The translations under genes were made by a program, and so were the position numbers. DNA of 61,149 nucleotides, the filler included, from Candidatus Woesearchaeota archaeon (GTDB lineage: Archaea > Nanobdellota > Nanobdellia > Woesearchaeales > JACPBO01), in the NCBI GenBank assembly GCA_016180285.1. It is 3 parts of 3 records of this genome, joined end to end, with 100 filler letters (N's around TTAATTAATTAA, not from the genome) between each part and the next. Parts side by side here need not be neighbours in the genome. Positions count along the whole stretch, not along the records: positions 45,585 to 61,149 come from JACPBO010000041.1; 2 more parts are not named here. One strand, 5' to 3'. The notes beneath the pieces were generated by a model. The model saw nothing but the letters and a program-made list of their open reading frames with translations. It was not told the DNA's origin and made no database searches. Positions 54,901 through 61,149 of this stretch are shown piece by piece. Each line of letters opens with the position of its first letter. Position 1 is the first letter of the stretch.

Positions 54901-57900
54901 TGAGATGCTGTTAAAGTGTTGTTTATGAAAATTCCATTTCCTGTTGCATTTAAGATAATGTTGTTCGTGATGTTGTTTCTTTCTGGAAGGCTTGTTCCCG
55001 AGTTTTCTATTCTTATCCCGTCTCTGCCTGACTTTGAGATGTTGTTTAAGTTTAGAATGTTGTTGTCTGAATCAGCAAAGATATAAACGCCATCTGCGTT
55101 TGTGCCTGTTGCATTTATTACATTATTTGTTGCGTTGTTGTTTGAGCTTGAAAGAAGATAAATGCCAACTCCAGAGCTTCCGCTTGTTGTTATTGTGTTG
55201 CTTATTAATATTTGTGACGCTAAGTTTGAATTAAGATAAATGCCATAGCCAGTGCTTCCATTTGTTGTGATTGTATTGCTTGTTAATGTATTCGACTGTG
55301 CGTTTGATAAAAGATGAATGCCCCAACCATTAGTATTGCTTGTTGTTATTGTATTTCCTGTTATGTTTGTGTTTCCGCTGTCTCCAATCTCAATTCCATA
55401 ACCAGAGCTTCCGTTTGTTGTTATTGTATTGCTTGATAAGGTGTTTGAGCCTGAACCTAAACCAATGATAATGCCAATGCCATTGCTTCCGTTTGTTGTT
55501 ATTTCATTGTTTGTTAATGTATTTGAGTTTGAGCTTGAAAGAAGATAAATGCCAACTCCAGAGCTTCCTTTTGTTGTTATTGTATTGCCTGATACGTTAT
55601 TAGAATTCGAGCTTGATTTAAGATAAATTCCATAATTATTAGTATTTCCATCTGTTGTTATCGTGTTGCTTGATAAAGTGTTTGAATTCGAGCTTGAAAG
55701 AAGGTAAATATTGCTGCTGTCGCTTCCAGTTCCAGTTATATTTATATTATTGCTTGATATATTGTTATTCGTTGAGTATTGAAGATATACGCCATATTGC
55801 ACACCTCCGCTTACATTATTCCCTGAAACAACAACATTGCTCACATTGTAAAGCTGTATTCCTTGACTATTAGTTGAATACCCAGCATCACTCACCTTGC
55901 TGTTCCTCATGGTAAAGTTATCATTCAATCCATTTCCAAAAGCCCAGAAATCAAATTCAAAGTTGGAATCATTGCTCATAATCCAAGAGCCGTCTTCCTG
56001 TGTTGAGGCGTTGCTGTCGAGGTCGTAAATAAACAATCCGCCATTCGGGCTTTTGTTGATGAAGTTTGAGCCGTCTGTGAACATTGAAAAGTTTAAGGTA
56101 ACATTGTATAAGTATAGGCTTCCGTTGTTTAGGATTGTTATATTGTTAGTCATGTAAATTGTTTCATTCGCGCAGGTTATGTTCCTGCTTACAATCCAGT
56201 CGCTTCCTTCTGTATAGTTTCCTGCGCAATAAACATTTGCTGCTCTGAGCGTCAAACTATAATTGGTGAGGGAAAAGTTGCACTGCCCTATGCTGTCGCA
56301 GAACTGAACATTCCAGATATAGCTGCCAAAAGCTAAATTATCTCTTGTGAAGTTAGCCTGCGCAGATGTCCCAGACATAGTTACTGTTCCATTCGAAAGC
56401 CATGTTCCAGAATAATTCCAGTAAAATGTTGCATTAACTAATGCTCTATCGTCTGTTCCAGCTGCTTTAAAAGTAAAGTTAGTCAAAACAGAACTTGTTC
56501 CATCTGAAGGGGAAATCAATGAAATATTCGGCATTATATCTGTTTTGACAGTTGCATTGTAAGTAATGCTCTCACCAATGTTCTTAGCTGTATCATTCGC
56601 ATAATACTTCCAGCCATAGCCAACGCCAGCAGCAAGAGAAATGTTCTTTGTTGTATTTGCATTGTATGTGGTTGGATTAGACGTAATATCAACCCATGAG
56701 TCATTTGCCCAAGTTCCAGTGATATTGGTGGAAAATATATAGCCGTCAACAGCATTGTTGCTTATTGTGATGTTCATTGTAACATTGTCATACTGCCATC
56801 CAGAGCTGTTCAAGGCATTTGAAAATGTGGGTGAAAGAGTATCGACAATTAAAGTCCAGTTCTGCATTGTCCAGTTTGAATTGTTGGCTAAATCAAAAGC
56901 CCGGCAGCCCCAGATATAAGTGTTGGAAGGCAGTGTCTTGTTCCACTGGCAGCTTGCAGCTGTTCCTGTAACATTGCACCATGAATCATTCAAAGCCCAT
57001 GTTCCGGTGAAATTGCCCCACAGTGAAATATTCTTTAAGTTAGTATTGTCAGTTGCAGAGCAGTTGAAATTAACTGTTCCTGTGTTATTTATTGAATTAT
57101 TGGCGGGGTATTGCTGCAATACTGAAGGAAGTGTGGTGTCTGGAGGAGCTGCAACTGTTATCAAGCTCGTGTTCCATGTGATTTGCTGGCCAGTAGTTGA
57201 TGTTTCATTCCACGTAATGTTGTAAGGAGAACTTGAAGAAGAGCCAGAGCAAGCTAAAATATTCCATGTTACAGTTCCTGTTTTTGACTTTGCCCAATCC
57301 AATGTTGCTGTTCCTGCTGTTAAGTTTGCTACACAACTCTGGCCGCCAGGGCAGGAAAAGCTCATTGATGTAACATTGAATTTATTGCTGCACGTTCCAT
57401 TTATGTTTGTTACAACTGTATTTGTGTCTTTAAGAACTAAATTAACAACCCATACATAAGAGCCAACTCCAAAGTTGTCAGTTGAATAGCTGATTACGAC
57501 AGCAGCAGAATCGCCTTCAGTAAGCGTTGTATCATTTATTGAAGATGAAGCATCGTTGTCAGATAAAACCTGGTCAGATGCAATCTGCCAATGCCTTTCT
57601 TCAGAAAAGCTGCCAATATCAGCTTTTCCAAGAAGATAGAATTGAGGAGATTCATCCGGGGCGTCAAAAGCATAGCTTAACTTATATTTTCCGCCTTTCT
57701 TGAGGTTTGCATTAAAGATTATTTCTTTGTGGTCTCCAGCATCAACAACTGCAAAATCAGGGGCAGCAAGGTTAAGAGTTGTTTTTCTGGTTTCGATAAT
57801 ACCGGCTTCAGGAGCTTTAATCAGCTCGATTATTTTATTTGTTATTTCATTTCCAGAATTTTGTGCGCCGCGGACGGGACTCTCATCTCCGAAGGAGTAA

Positions 57901-59603
57901 GAGTTTTGAACCCGCATGTCTTGGTCAGACACTTGCTTTTCAGGCAAGCGCTCTACCTGATTGAGCATCCGCGGCTTTACACCATCTTGAAAAAATCCGA
58001 AAGATTTATATACTTTATCATTAACCTCATTATTGTCTTGGTCAGATAGCTTTACTTGATTGAGAGATCCGTTTATTTTTTCTTTTTTATTTTCTAAGTT
58101 TATTCCTTTAAGATTTAATTGTTGTATTGTTTCATTTGAGCTTGTTTCCTCAACAACCTCAATCCTTACATTGCTGATGTCAAACGATAAAGGCACTTTC
58201 TCAATAATCTGTCCATTATAGTTCTTGTTCGCCTTTATCACAAGGCTCACATTATACGCAGCAGGCGGCCATATCCTTGTCGGACCGATTCTTTCAACGT
58301 CAAAGTCAACAGAACTGGCAACTGTGAAATTATCAATTAAATTCCTGATGCCGTTGTAAGTCTCTGCTGTTAAATTCATAACATAAACCCCGGGAATATT
58401 TACAATATAATCCGCAATGTAATCCGGCAGAACATTGTCGCCGTACTTGTAACAATCCTGAGTTCTTATTATTCCGCCATTCTCTGATGAAAGAATTGTT
58501 TTAATGCCGAAAGGGTCGGTTATCTCGAGCAATAAGGCAGCATCGCATACAACACTTCCAGCATCATTCAAAACACCGATTCCAAGCTTTGTTGTTTCAT
58601 CCGGCAGATAAATGGACTTATGCGTGTTAATTGCCAGAACGCCCCATGCAAAATCCTGCGAGATTATTGTGCTTTCTCCGCTTCTTGTGAAATTAACTTC
58701 CAAAGTATAAATCCCTGGCCTGAATTGCCTTGGCTTAATAATATTAAAGAAAAATTTGCCTTCCCTTATTTCCTCAATCTCAACATCAAAGTTAATTTTC
58801 TCATTATTGAAATTATAAACAACATTTGCTTCAACTGTTTCATTTTCAGCAGCCCATTTATTTAATTTCTTTTCAAAATTCTTTCTGTTTATGGCTTTAT
58901 TCTCTTTTATCAGCTCTGTTTCATTGACGAATTCAAGCTCAAACTCAGCGTTTTCAGCAGCCTTGAAGTTCTTATCAATCTCTGTTTTGTGGAATTTCTT
59001 AATTGTTATATTTGTAATTTGCAAAGCAGGGATTGTTTCATTAACTGCAGTTTCATTTGTTATGTTCTGCTCTATTGAAATATTGGAAACATTAGCTGAA
59101 ACCTGCTCAAACACAGTATAATCTATTGAATTGATCTGCAGGCTTGCATTCTCAAGCTCTGCAATCAATGTTATTTCATTTGCAGTTATATTGTTCAAGA
59201 AGCATGTCTCAGCGCATTCAAATTCAAAAGCAGTTATAACAGCAGGGTTTACAATTATTGTTATTTCCTTTGTTGTAAGCTCTTTTCCATCGCCTGCAAA
59301 TAAAATGATTGAGCTGTTCCCTGAAAATTCTGGCTTCGGAGTTATTGTCATCAATGAAACAAAGTTGTTAATGACAACATCAACATTCTCATTGCTTGAA
59401 GCCAGATAAGACATTGTATCGTTGTCCGCATCAGAGAAGTAATTGCTCAGATTAAGGGTTAAAGAGCTTCCTTGATCAACTGCAAATGAAGAAATTTCAG
59501 ATATCCATAAAGGAGGGTTATTTGTTTGATTTATTGCATCTGCAGTTTCATTTGCTATTATGTTTTCTGTTAAATTATTTGTTTCATTTGCGCTTAAATT
59601 CAA
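45798..59603 (-). CDS. Giant surface protein with four right-handed beta-helix blocks and Ig-like domains
   Basis: 4601 aa; repeated GIYLxSSSNSNTLxSNTITTNG units; very many NxS/T sequons; probably really spans 59881 to the contig end. Confidence 0.9.
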   Translation of the reverse strand: MNLSANETNNLTENIIANETADAINQTNNPPLWISEISSFAVDQGSSLTLNLSNYFSDADNDTMSYLASSNENVDVVINNFVSLMTITPKPEFSGNSSIILFAGDGKELTTKEITIIVNPAVITAFEFECAETCFLNNITANEITLIAELENASLQINSIDYTVFEQVSANVSNISIEQNITNETAVNETIPALQITNITIKKFHKTEIDKNFKAAENAEFELEFVNETELIKENKAINRKNFEKKLNKWAAENETVEANVVYNFNNEKINFDVEIEEIREGKFFFNIIKPRQFRPGIYTLEVNFTRSGESTIISQDFAWGVLAINTHKSIYLPDETTKLGIGVLNDAGSVVCDAALLLEITDPFGIKTILSSENGGIIRTQDCYKYGDNVLPDYIADYIVNIPGVYVMNLTAETYNGIRNLIDNFTVASSVDFDVERIGPTRIWPPAAYNVSLVIKANKNYNGQIIEKVPLSFDISNVRIEVVEETSSNETIQQLNLKGINLENKKEKINGSLNQVKLSDQDNNEVNDKVYKSFGFFQDGVKPRMLNQVERLPEKQVSDQDMRVQNSYSFGDESPVRGAQNSGNEITNKIIELIKAPEAGIIETRKTTLNLAAPDFAVVDAGDHKEIIFNANLKKGGKYKLSYAFDAPDESPQFYLLGKADIGSFSEERHWQIASDQVLSDNDASSSINDTTLTEGDSAAVVISYSTDNFGVGSYVWVVNLVLKDTNTVVTNINGTCSNKFNVTSMSFSCPGGQSCVANLTAGTATLDWAKSKTGTVTWNILACSGSSSSSPYNITWNETSTTGQQITWNTSLITVAAPPDTTLPSVLQQYPANNSINNTGTVNFNCSATDNTNLKNISLWGNFTGTWALNDSWCNVTGTAASCQWNKTLPSNTYIWGCRAFDLANNSNWTMQNWTLIVDTLSPTFSNALNSSGWQYDNVTMNITISNNAVDGYIFSTNITGTWANDSWVDITSNPTTYNANTTKNISLAAGVGYGWKYYANDTAKNIGESITYNATVKTDIMPNISLISPSDGTSSVLTNFTFKAAGTDDRALVNATFYWNYSGTWLSNGTVTMSGTSAQANFTRDNLAFGSYIWNVQFCDSIGQCNFSLTNYSLTLRAANVYCAGNYTEGSDWIVSRNITCANETIYMTNNITILNNGSLYLYNVTLNFSMFTDGSNFINKSPNGGLFIYDLDSNASTQEDGSWIMSNDSNFEFDFWAFGNGLNDNFTMRNSKVSDAGYSTNSQGIQLYNVSNVVVSGNNVSGGVQYGVYLQYSTNNNISSNNINITGTGSDSSNIYLLSSSNSNTLSSNTITTDGNTNNYGIYLKSSSNSNNVSGNTITTKGSSGVGIYLLSSSNSNTLTNNEITTNGSNGIGIIIGLGSGSNTLSSNTITTNGSSGYGIEIGDSGNTNITGNTITTSNTNGWGIHLLSNAQSNTLTSNTITTNGSTGYGIYLNSNLASQILISNTITTSGSSGVGIYLLSSSNNNATNNVINATGTNADGVYIFADSDNNILNLNNISKSGRDGIRIENSGTSLPERNNITNNIILNATGNGIFINNTLTASQFIYNNNISYSSNNSIQLNNASNITIIAGSLEYSRVGINASQSLNVTIANATFVLSTLWDFYIMNNSWLISLNNSFNSTAVNITGSAGDFSNFTVMWYARANVTNSSGIHMNSSSVTSTDVFGASEWTDTTTNGLTGWFAVIDYVQNASSINSSNLHTGTASLTGYLANSSTYNISVKNITGTQVDIVLKNQRKFCNNSYIEGQATWNITSNITCTNETIYVAGNITVYNNGSLTLYNVTINFSAFADGSNFINKSPNGGLYIYDLDSNASTQEDGSWLMSNDSNYEYDFWAFGNGGNDNFTMRNSKITDAGYSTNSQGIQLYNISNAVVLGNNISEGAQYGLYLQYSTNNNISSNTITTSGSSGYGIYLASSSNSNTLSSNIITTNGSNGYGIYIESSNNPNISNNNVNTKGNSGYGIWLYSIVVNDINSGVLTSNIITTNGTSGYGIFVQRSINLTSTSNTITTSGGSGYGIRIDSSSNNNATSNTINATGTNADGIYIFSTSRSNTINFNNISKSGRDGIRIENSGTSLPERNNITNNIILNSTGNGIFLNNTLTASQFIYSNNISYSSNNSIQLNNASNITIIAGSLEYSRTGINASQSVNVTITNATFVLNTLWDFYITNNSWITSLNNSFNKTAVNVTNSGDYSNFTVQWYARANVTNSSGIHMNSSSVTSTDVYSASEWTDTTTNGLTGWFAVIDYVQNGTTIVDYNLHTAAASLTSYVANSSTYNVSVKNITGTQVDIVLKNPRALCNGNYTELQVSWNITSNVTCANETIPVYGNITIFSNGSLTLRNVTLIFQASSDGYNFINKSPNGGLFIYDLDNNASTQEDATEINTTNSDYEFDFWVYGNGGSDNFTMQNSILKDAGYSSVSQGIYLYNISNVKVIGNNISDGALYGLWLRFSSNNNVTSNTITTSNTNGYGIYLRSSSNNNISSNTITTNGSSGFGIYLYTSSSSNTIQSNTITTIKGSGYGINLDGITGSNSNNNVTGNIITTNGSSGYGIYLLVNANLNTIQGNTITTNGSLGYGILLSSNSYSILQGNIITVNNATGIYFSVSSNNNATGNMINATGANADGIYIFSNSDNNIFNLNNISKSGRDGIRIENSGTSLPERNNITNNIILNATGNGIFLNNTKTASQLLFNNNITYSGINYAAVKLINASNITIIGGIIENNTIGINATKSINVTIANATFIGSALWDFYATDNAWITSLNNSFNHSSVNVTRTYTADLTFSGISKPTRSHNATYGSSTMLPPVNLVNGTEFASAQYSGIVNSDDSIFNYSTTRYSYHKFSFRINRSLDKTRIENLTVLWEGKASNATRSLNASLYIWNSTQWETAANTTGDGSSDENLTKGYANATAYIDAYNMLHLLAIAQSNASSNISTDYVRVSVLLIDASNFTVQWYVDVNVTGSDSNAIAGATVFAYENSSGSWSQRWADVTADSGFTGKWAVIEYVQNATSFVNYTSNFTANVSTRENSTIKYIASSQQVDVRIPVQNGSLRLTSPANETKLDRDAANTSVADFDILTAVLSDSGANVNITFYANLTNPNISGQTMVVLGSNLTNSSGYATLIFNPGSSLYAGNYTWWSIAGSIGSYNGSETRTLLIYGGLNATFRNSTSTPNATYSPGEEVIIEALLNSLGGPETAAQINSSYLANVSAYLMQPNGTAIRVQMIDPAAAVGNTTSPFSCGNNCKSCREAGNGTIDSCYDGSSCTVVYVNNITAVDLTDNEFSTGDTVQVNISVYNCFGPGNHEVAIAYNNGSGWVNKYNGATNNGACTLENNHTATFTLDDVSGTHNIRGIIAYTGATNMTCGSDADAVGSDTDDINITVNAKNYWNGSYVLPSTALSGQWNVTLNSSANWFFGNSSGDRNFTVAGDYVAPIVTLNSPINYYNETSTSTITFNCSATDNVNLTNITLYGNWSGWHANETKYVAGTSNSATFTKNLTNGTYTWNCLAFDNYSNSAFASANFTLSVFPKTYCNGNYTDGTDWIVNKNVTCANETIYVTGNITILNNASLYLYNATLIFESFADGSNFINKSPNGGLFIYDLDSNASTQEDATEINTTNSDFEFDFWVYGNGGNDNFTLQNSIVREAGYSGGSLGIRLYNVSNVVISGNNVSSGAYYSLYLRYSTNNNITNNTVTTSGGTGIGIYLLSSSNSNTLQSNTITTNGSSGYGIFLSSSSNSNTLQGNTITTAGSDGYGIYLDISSNSNITNNTITTNGGSSYGIWLDIISNSNKLQSNTITTNGGSSWGIYFSSSSSSNTLQSNTITTNGTNSHGIYLLTSSNNNATSNIINATGTNADGVYVFSNSDNNIFNLNNISKSGRDGIRIEGSTNERNNITNNIILNSTGSGIFLNNTKTAFQFIYNNNISYSSNSSIQLNNASNITIISGSLEYSRTGINASQSVNVTIANATFVLSALWDFYITNNSWITSLNNTFNKSAVNITNAAGDYSNFTNQYYVDVNVTGSDSNAVSGATVFAYENSSGSWSQRWADVTADSGFTGKWAVTEYFQNATNIINYTSNFTANYTTRENSTIKYIASSQQADVRIPVQIGTLFLISPANETKLDRDAVNASVADSDILIANITSSTANVNITFYANLTNPSISGQTMVVLGSNLTNSSGYATLIFNPNSSIYAGNYTWWAASGSYNGSETRTLLIYGGLNTTFRNNATTPNATYSPGEEVIIEALLNSSGVENATQLNSTYLANVSAYLMQPNGTTIRVQLTASVAAVGGTSSATGYPVRVMYNNVTTDGGTHLGGIENSDGSYGVKYKLGSWSAAATGIGFRNSVNSDWINETITYSWIEINATGTAVTLSDDSVSSTINMPFNISFLNGTRYDKLRISSNGYIYFNTNESSAGCCDGVDIPNPALPNNYVAGYWEDLNPAIGGKIYYKTAGSAPTRAFIVEFDGVYHYSGDSSTTVTFQIVFNETDQVNSTANITNASIWNGSYVLPSTALAGQWNVTLNSSADWFFGNSSGGRNFTVSDTTLPVVTLNSPINYYNETSTNTITFNCSATDNVNLKKITLYGN
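57866..57975 (-). tRNA. tRNA or tRNA-like gene nested in the giant CDS: GAA anticodon, long variable arm, G73, 25-nt T-loop insertion
   Basis: GCCGCGG-AT-GCTC-AATCAGGTA-GAGC-G-CTTGC-CTGAAAA-GCAAG-TGTCT-GACCA-AGACA-T-GCGGG-TTCAAA-[25 nt]-T-CCCGT-CCGCGGC-G; every stem pairs. Confidence 0.85.
58005..58019 (-). promoter_or_regulatory. Internal TATA box upstream of the nested tRNA
   Basis: GATAAAG-TATATAAA 30-37 nt before G1; plus strand also reads CCGAAAGA-TTTATATA. Confidence 0.55.
58035..58071 (-). pseudogene. Decayed partial copy of the nested tRNA lacking the anticodon arm
   Basis: CGGATCTCTCAATCAAGTAAAGC-TATCTGACCAAGAC versus CGGATGCTCAATCAGGTAGAGC...TGTCTGACCAAGAC. Confidence 0.65.
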
Positions 59604-59626
59604 TCCCTCAGCAACAGCATTCGCTG

Positions 59627-59881
59627 TTATAAGATTATTCCGATCACATTCCCGCTTATCTTCAGGGAAGACAGCTCGCCGGGATTCTGCAATGCTATTG
59701 TTTGCTCAGAGCTCTGGCTTATTGAAAGGTTGAGATCTTCGGAGTATGCATTTTCTACAATAACTGCATAGCTTGTAATAGAAGGATTCAGCATAATGAA
59801 GATTCTGAACAGGGCTGTAAGCACCAATATTAGAATTACGGAAATCTTGCACGAGTTTATAGCATAATCTAATTTATTCAT
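59627..59881 (-). CDS. Probable N-terminus (signal anchor) of the giant protein, frameshifted at ~59640
   Basis: Hydrophobic N-terminal helix; the giant ORF frame is open upstream of its TTG (NNLITANAVAEG) and overlaps this ORF's end. Confidence 0.65.
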   Translation of the reverse strand: MNKLDYAINSCKISVILILVLTALFRIFIMLNPSITSYAVIVENAYSEDLNLSISQSSEQTIALQNPGELSSLKISGNVIGIIL

Positions 59882-60266
59882 TTTCTAAGTTTTTTTCTAT
59901 TTTCAAAACAGCCCGGTGGTGGCATGTCCATATTGTGCGGTCATCCCTGCCAGTCAATTCAGCAATCTGGTGGAATGTAAGGGATTCAACATCCTTCAGA
60001 TAAGATGCAATTGACTCAAGGATTGACAATTTTTTCTTGGATAAAAAAGAAATAGGAATAAAATGAAAAGAAGCAGAAACCTTTAGCTTTTCATTCCTCA
60101 CATTATTGTATGTGGTCCATATTGTCTTGCTGCTTCTATTAAGCTTTAGAGCAATCTGCTTCAGCGTAAGGTTTTTATTTTCCTTGAGAAACTTTACAAC
60201 AGCTTCCAAAGGCCCGAGGTCATTTTTAAATAAAGAGACAGGTATCTTCTCCTCTTTTTGCATCAT
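59874..60266 (-). CDS. Tandem-HTH DNA-binding protein
   Basis: Two repeats LExxxxxLK...LTxxQIAxxxxRxxxTIWT; frame stays open upstream to ~60386. Confidence 0.8.
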   Translation of the reverse strand: MMQKEEKIPVSLFKNDLGPLEAVVKFLKENKNLTLKQIALKLNRSSKTIWTTYNNVRNEKLKVSASFHFIPISFLSKKKLSILESIASYLKDVESLTFHQIAELTGRDDRTIWTCHHRAVLKIEKNLENE

Positions 60267-60565
60267 GATGAGATCTATAAGTTCGTCTTTTGTCTTCTGC
60301 TGCAGAAAGTCCCTGGCATTAGGATTAGTTAACTCTATTCCTTTTTTTTCAAGATTTGATCTCTTTTCAACGAGTTCGATTTTTATTATGCCTCTTTTTC
60401 TTTATGTTCAAAAACAAAAGCAGAGTCAACGCCTTCGGCTTTTGCTTCGCTACGTTCCTAGCTTTCGGTTTCTCACTACGTTCAAAACCGAAAGTTTTAT
60501 ATATACTAACATCTTTCTGTGTATTAACAATATGTTGTTTAAATACAAAATCATGAGGTGCTGAA

Positions 60566-60721
60566 ATGCCAACACTAACATTATCAATTCCGAAAGAATT
60601 AAAGAAAAGAATGGACGAACATTCTGAAGTCAATTGGCCAGAAGTGCTTAGGTCAAGGCTAAGCAAAAGAGCAGAGCAGCTGATAAAGTTTGAAGAAATG
60701 AGGAAAAGGGGTGAATTGTAA
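60566..60721 (+). CDS. RHH antitoxin-like protein 1 (51 aa)
   Basis: MPTLTLSIPKELKKRMDEHSEVNWPEVLR; GAGGTG RBS. Confidence 0.8.
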   Translation: MPTLTLSIPKELKKRMDEHSEVNWPEVLRSRLSKRAEQLIKFEEMRKRGEL

Positions 60722-60970
60722 ATGGCAAGCATTGCATTAAATGTCTCAGAGGAATTTAAGGCATCGATGGATAAATTGCCCTGGGTAAATTGGTCAGAAT
60801 TAGCCAGGGAAGAAGCTCTAAAAAGGCTGGAGCTGCAAGAGGATTTTGAAGAATTTAACAGAATTGTATCTAAGTCTAAGTTAACAGAGGAAGATGCTCT
60901 TAAGTTAGCAAGGGAAGTAAATAAAGGCATGCATAAGAAATTGAAGAAGCTGTACCCAGAGCTGTTGTAA
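60722..60970 (+). CDS. RHH antitoxin-like protein 2
   Basis: MASIALNVSEEFKASMDKLPWVNWSELARE...SKLTEEDALKLAREVNK. Confidence 0.82.
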   Translation: MASIALNVSEEFKASMDKLPWVNWSELAREEALKRLELQEDFEEFNRIVSKSKLTEEDALKLAREVNKGMHKKLKKLYPELL

Positions 60971-61149
60971 ATGGAGTTAATAATTGACGCAACAGTGTTG
61001 TTCACAGGACTAATCGGAACAGGAGTAACAAAAGAGATCATCTTTTCTGCTGCTGTAAAATTACATTGTCCAGAATCTTTATCTAAGGAGGTTGAAGAGC
61101 ACAAATCACGAATTAAAATTCTCTCAAATCTTCCTTCAACTGAGCTAGA
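60971..61149 (+). CDS. PIN-domain (VapC-like) toxin, partial
   Basis: MELIIDATVLFTGLIG...PESLSKEV; follows the antitoxins directly. Confidence 0.75.
   Translation, partial: MELIIDATVLFTGLIGTGVTKEIIFSAAVKLHCPESLSKEVEEHKSRIKILSNLPSTEL

Noticed and set aside
47900..55900. Periodic DNA repeats as CRISPR array or DGR template/variable pair
   Set aside because: They are codon-level beta-helix repeats; no constant repeat with unique spacers, and no cas or reverse transcriptase gene in the window.
60367..61104. 245-aa minus-strand ORF
   Set aside because: Antisense shadow of the antitoxin-antitoxin-PIN genes.

Overview
Low-GC archaeal draft-genome window, most consistent with a DPANN/Woesearchaeota-type organism (inference from CCA-less tRNAs with archaeal-style introns, BRE/TATA promoters, Elp3, AbrB-PhoU regulator, and bacterial-type GyrB, DnaK/DnaJ/GrpE, Lgt, PlsY and DAP-pathway genes). 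It is three contigs joined by 100-nt N linkers containing TTAATTAATTAA (24900-24999, 45485-45584), so adjacency across them is unproven. Contig 1: lgt (apparently chimeric 3' end), plsY, nfi, a Ser/Glu/Ser tRNA cluster, a cluster of two ATP-grasp ligases + MurL-like PP-loop protein + PLP decarboxylase + KamA, intein-containing gyrB, tRNA-Lys and lysine biosynthesis genes. Contig 2: type II R-M cassette, grpE-dnaK-dnaJ region, elp3, P-type ATPase. Contig 3: a >4600-aa beta-helix surface protein gene and a TA locus. Top observations: (1) a complete tRNA cloverleaf (GAA anticodon on a Ser-like long-arm body, T-loop insertion, upstream TATA box and a decayed second copy) embedded in frame inside the giant CDS; (2) a structured RNA motif I cannot assign, present twice beside tRNA and lysine-metabolism genes; (3) the KamA/ATP-grasp/MurL-like cluster. 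All assignments come from reading motifs by eye; no searches were run.
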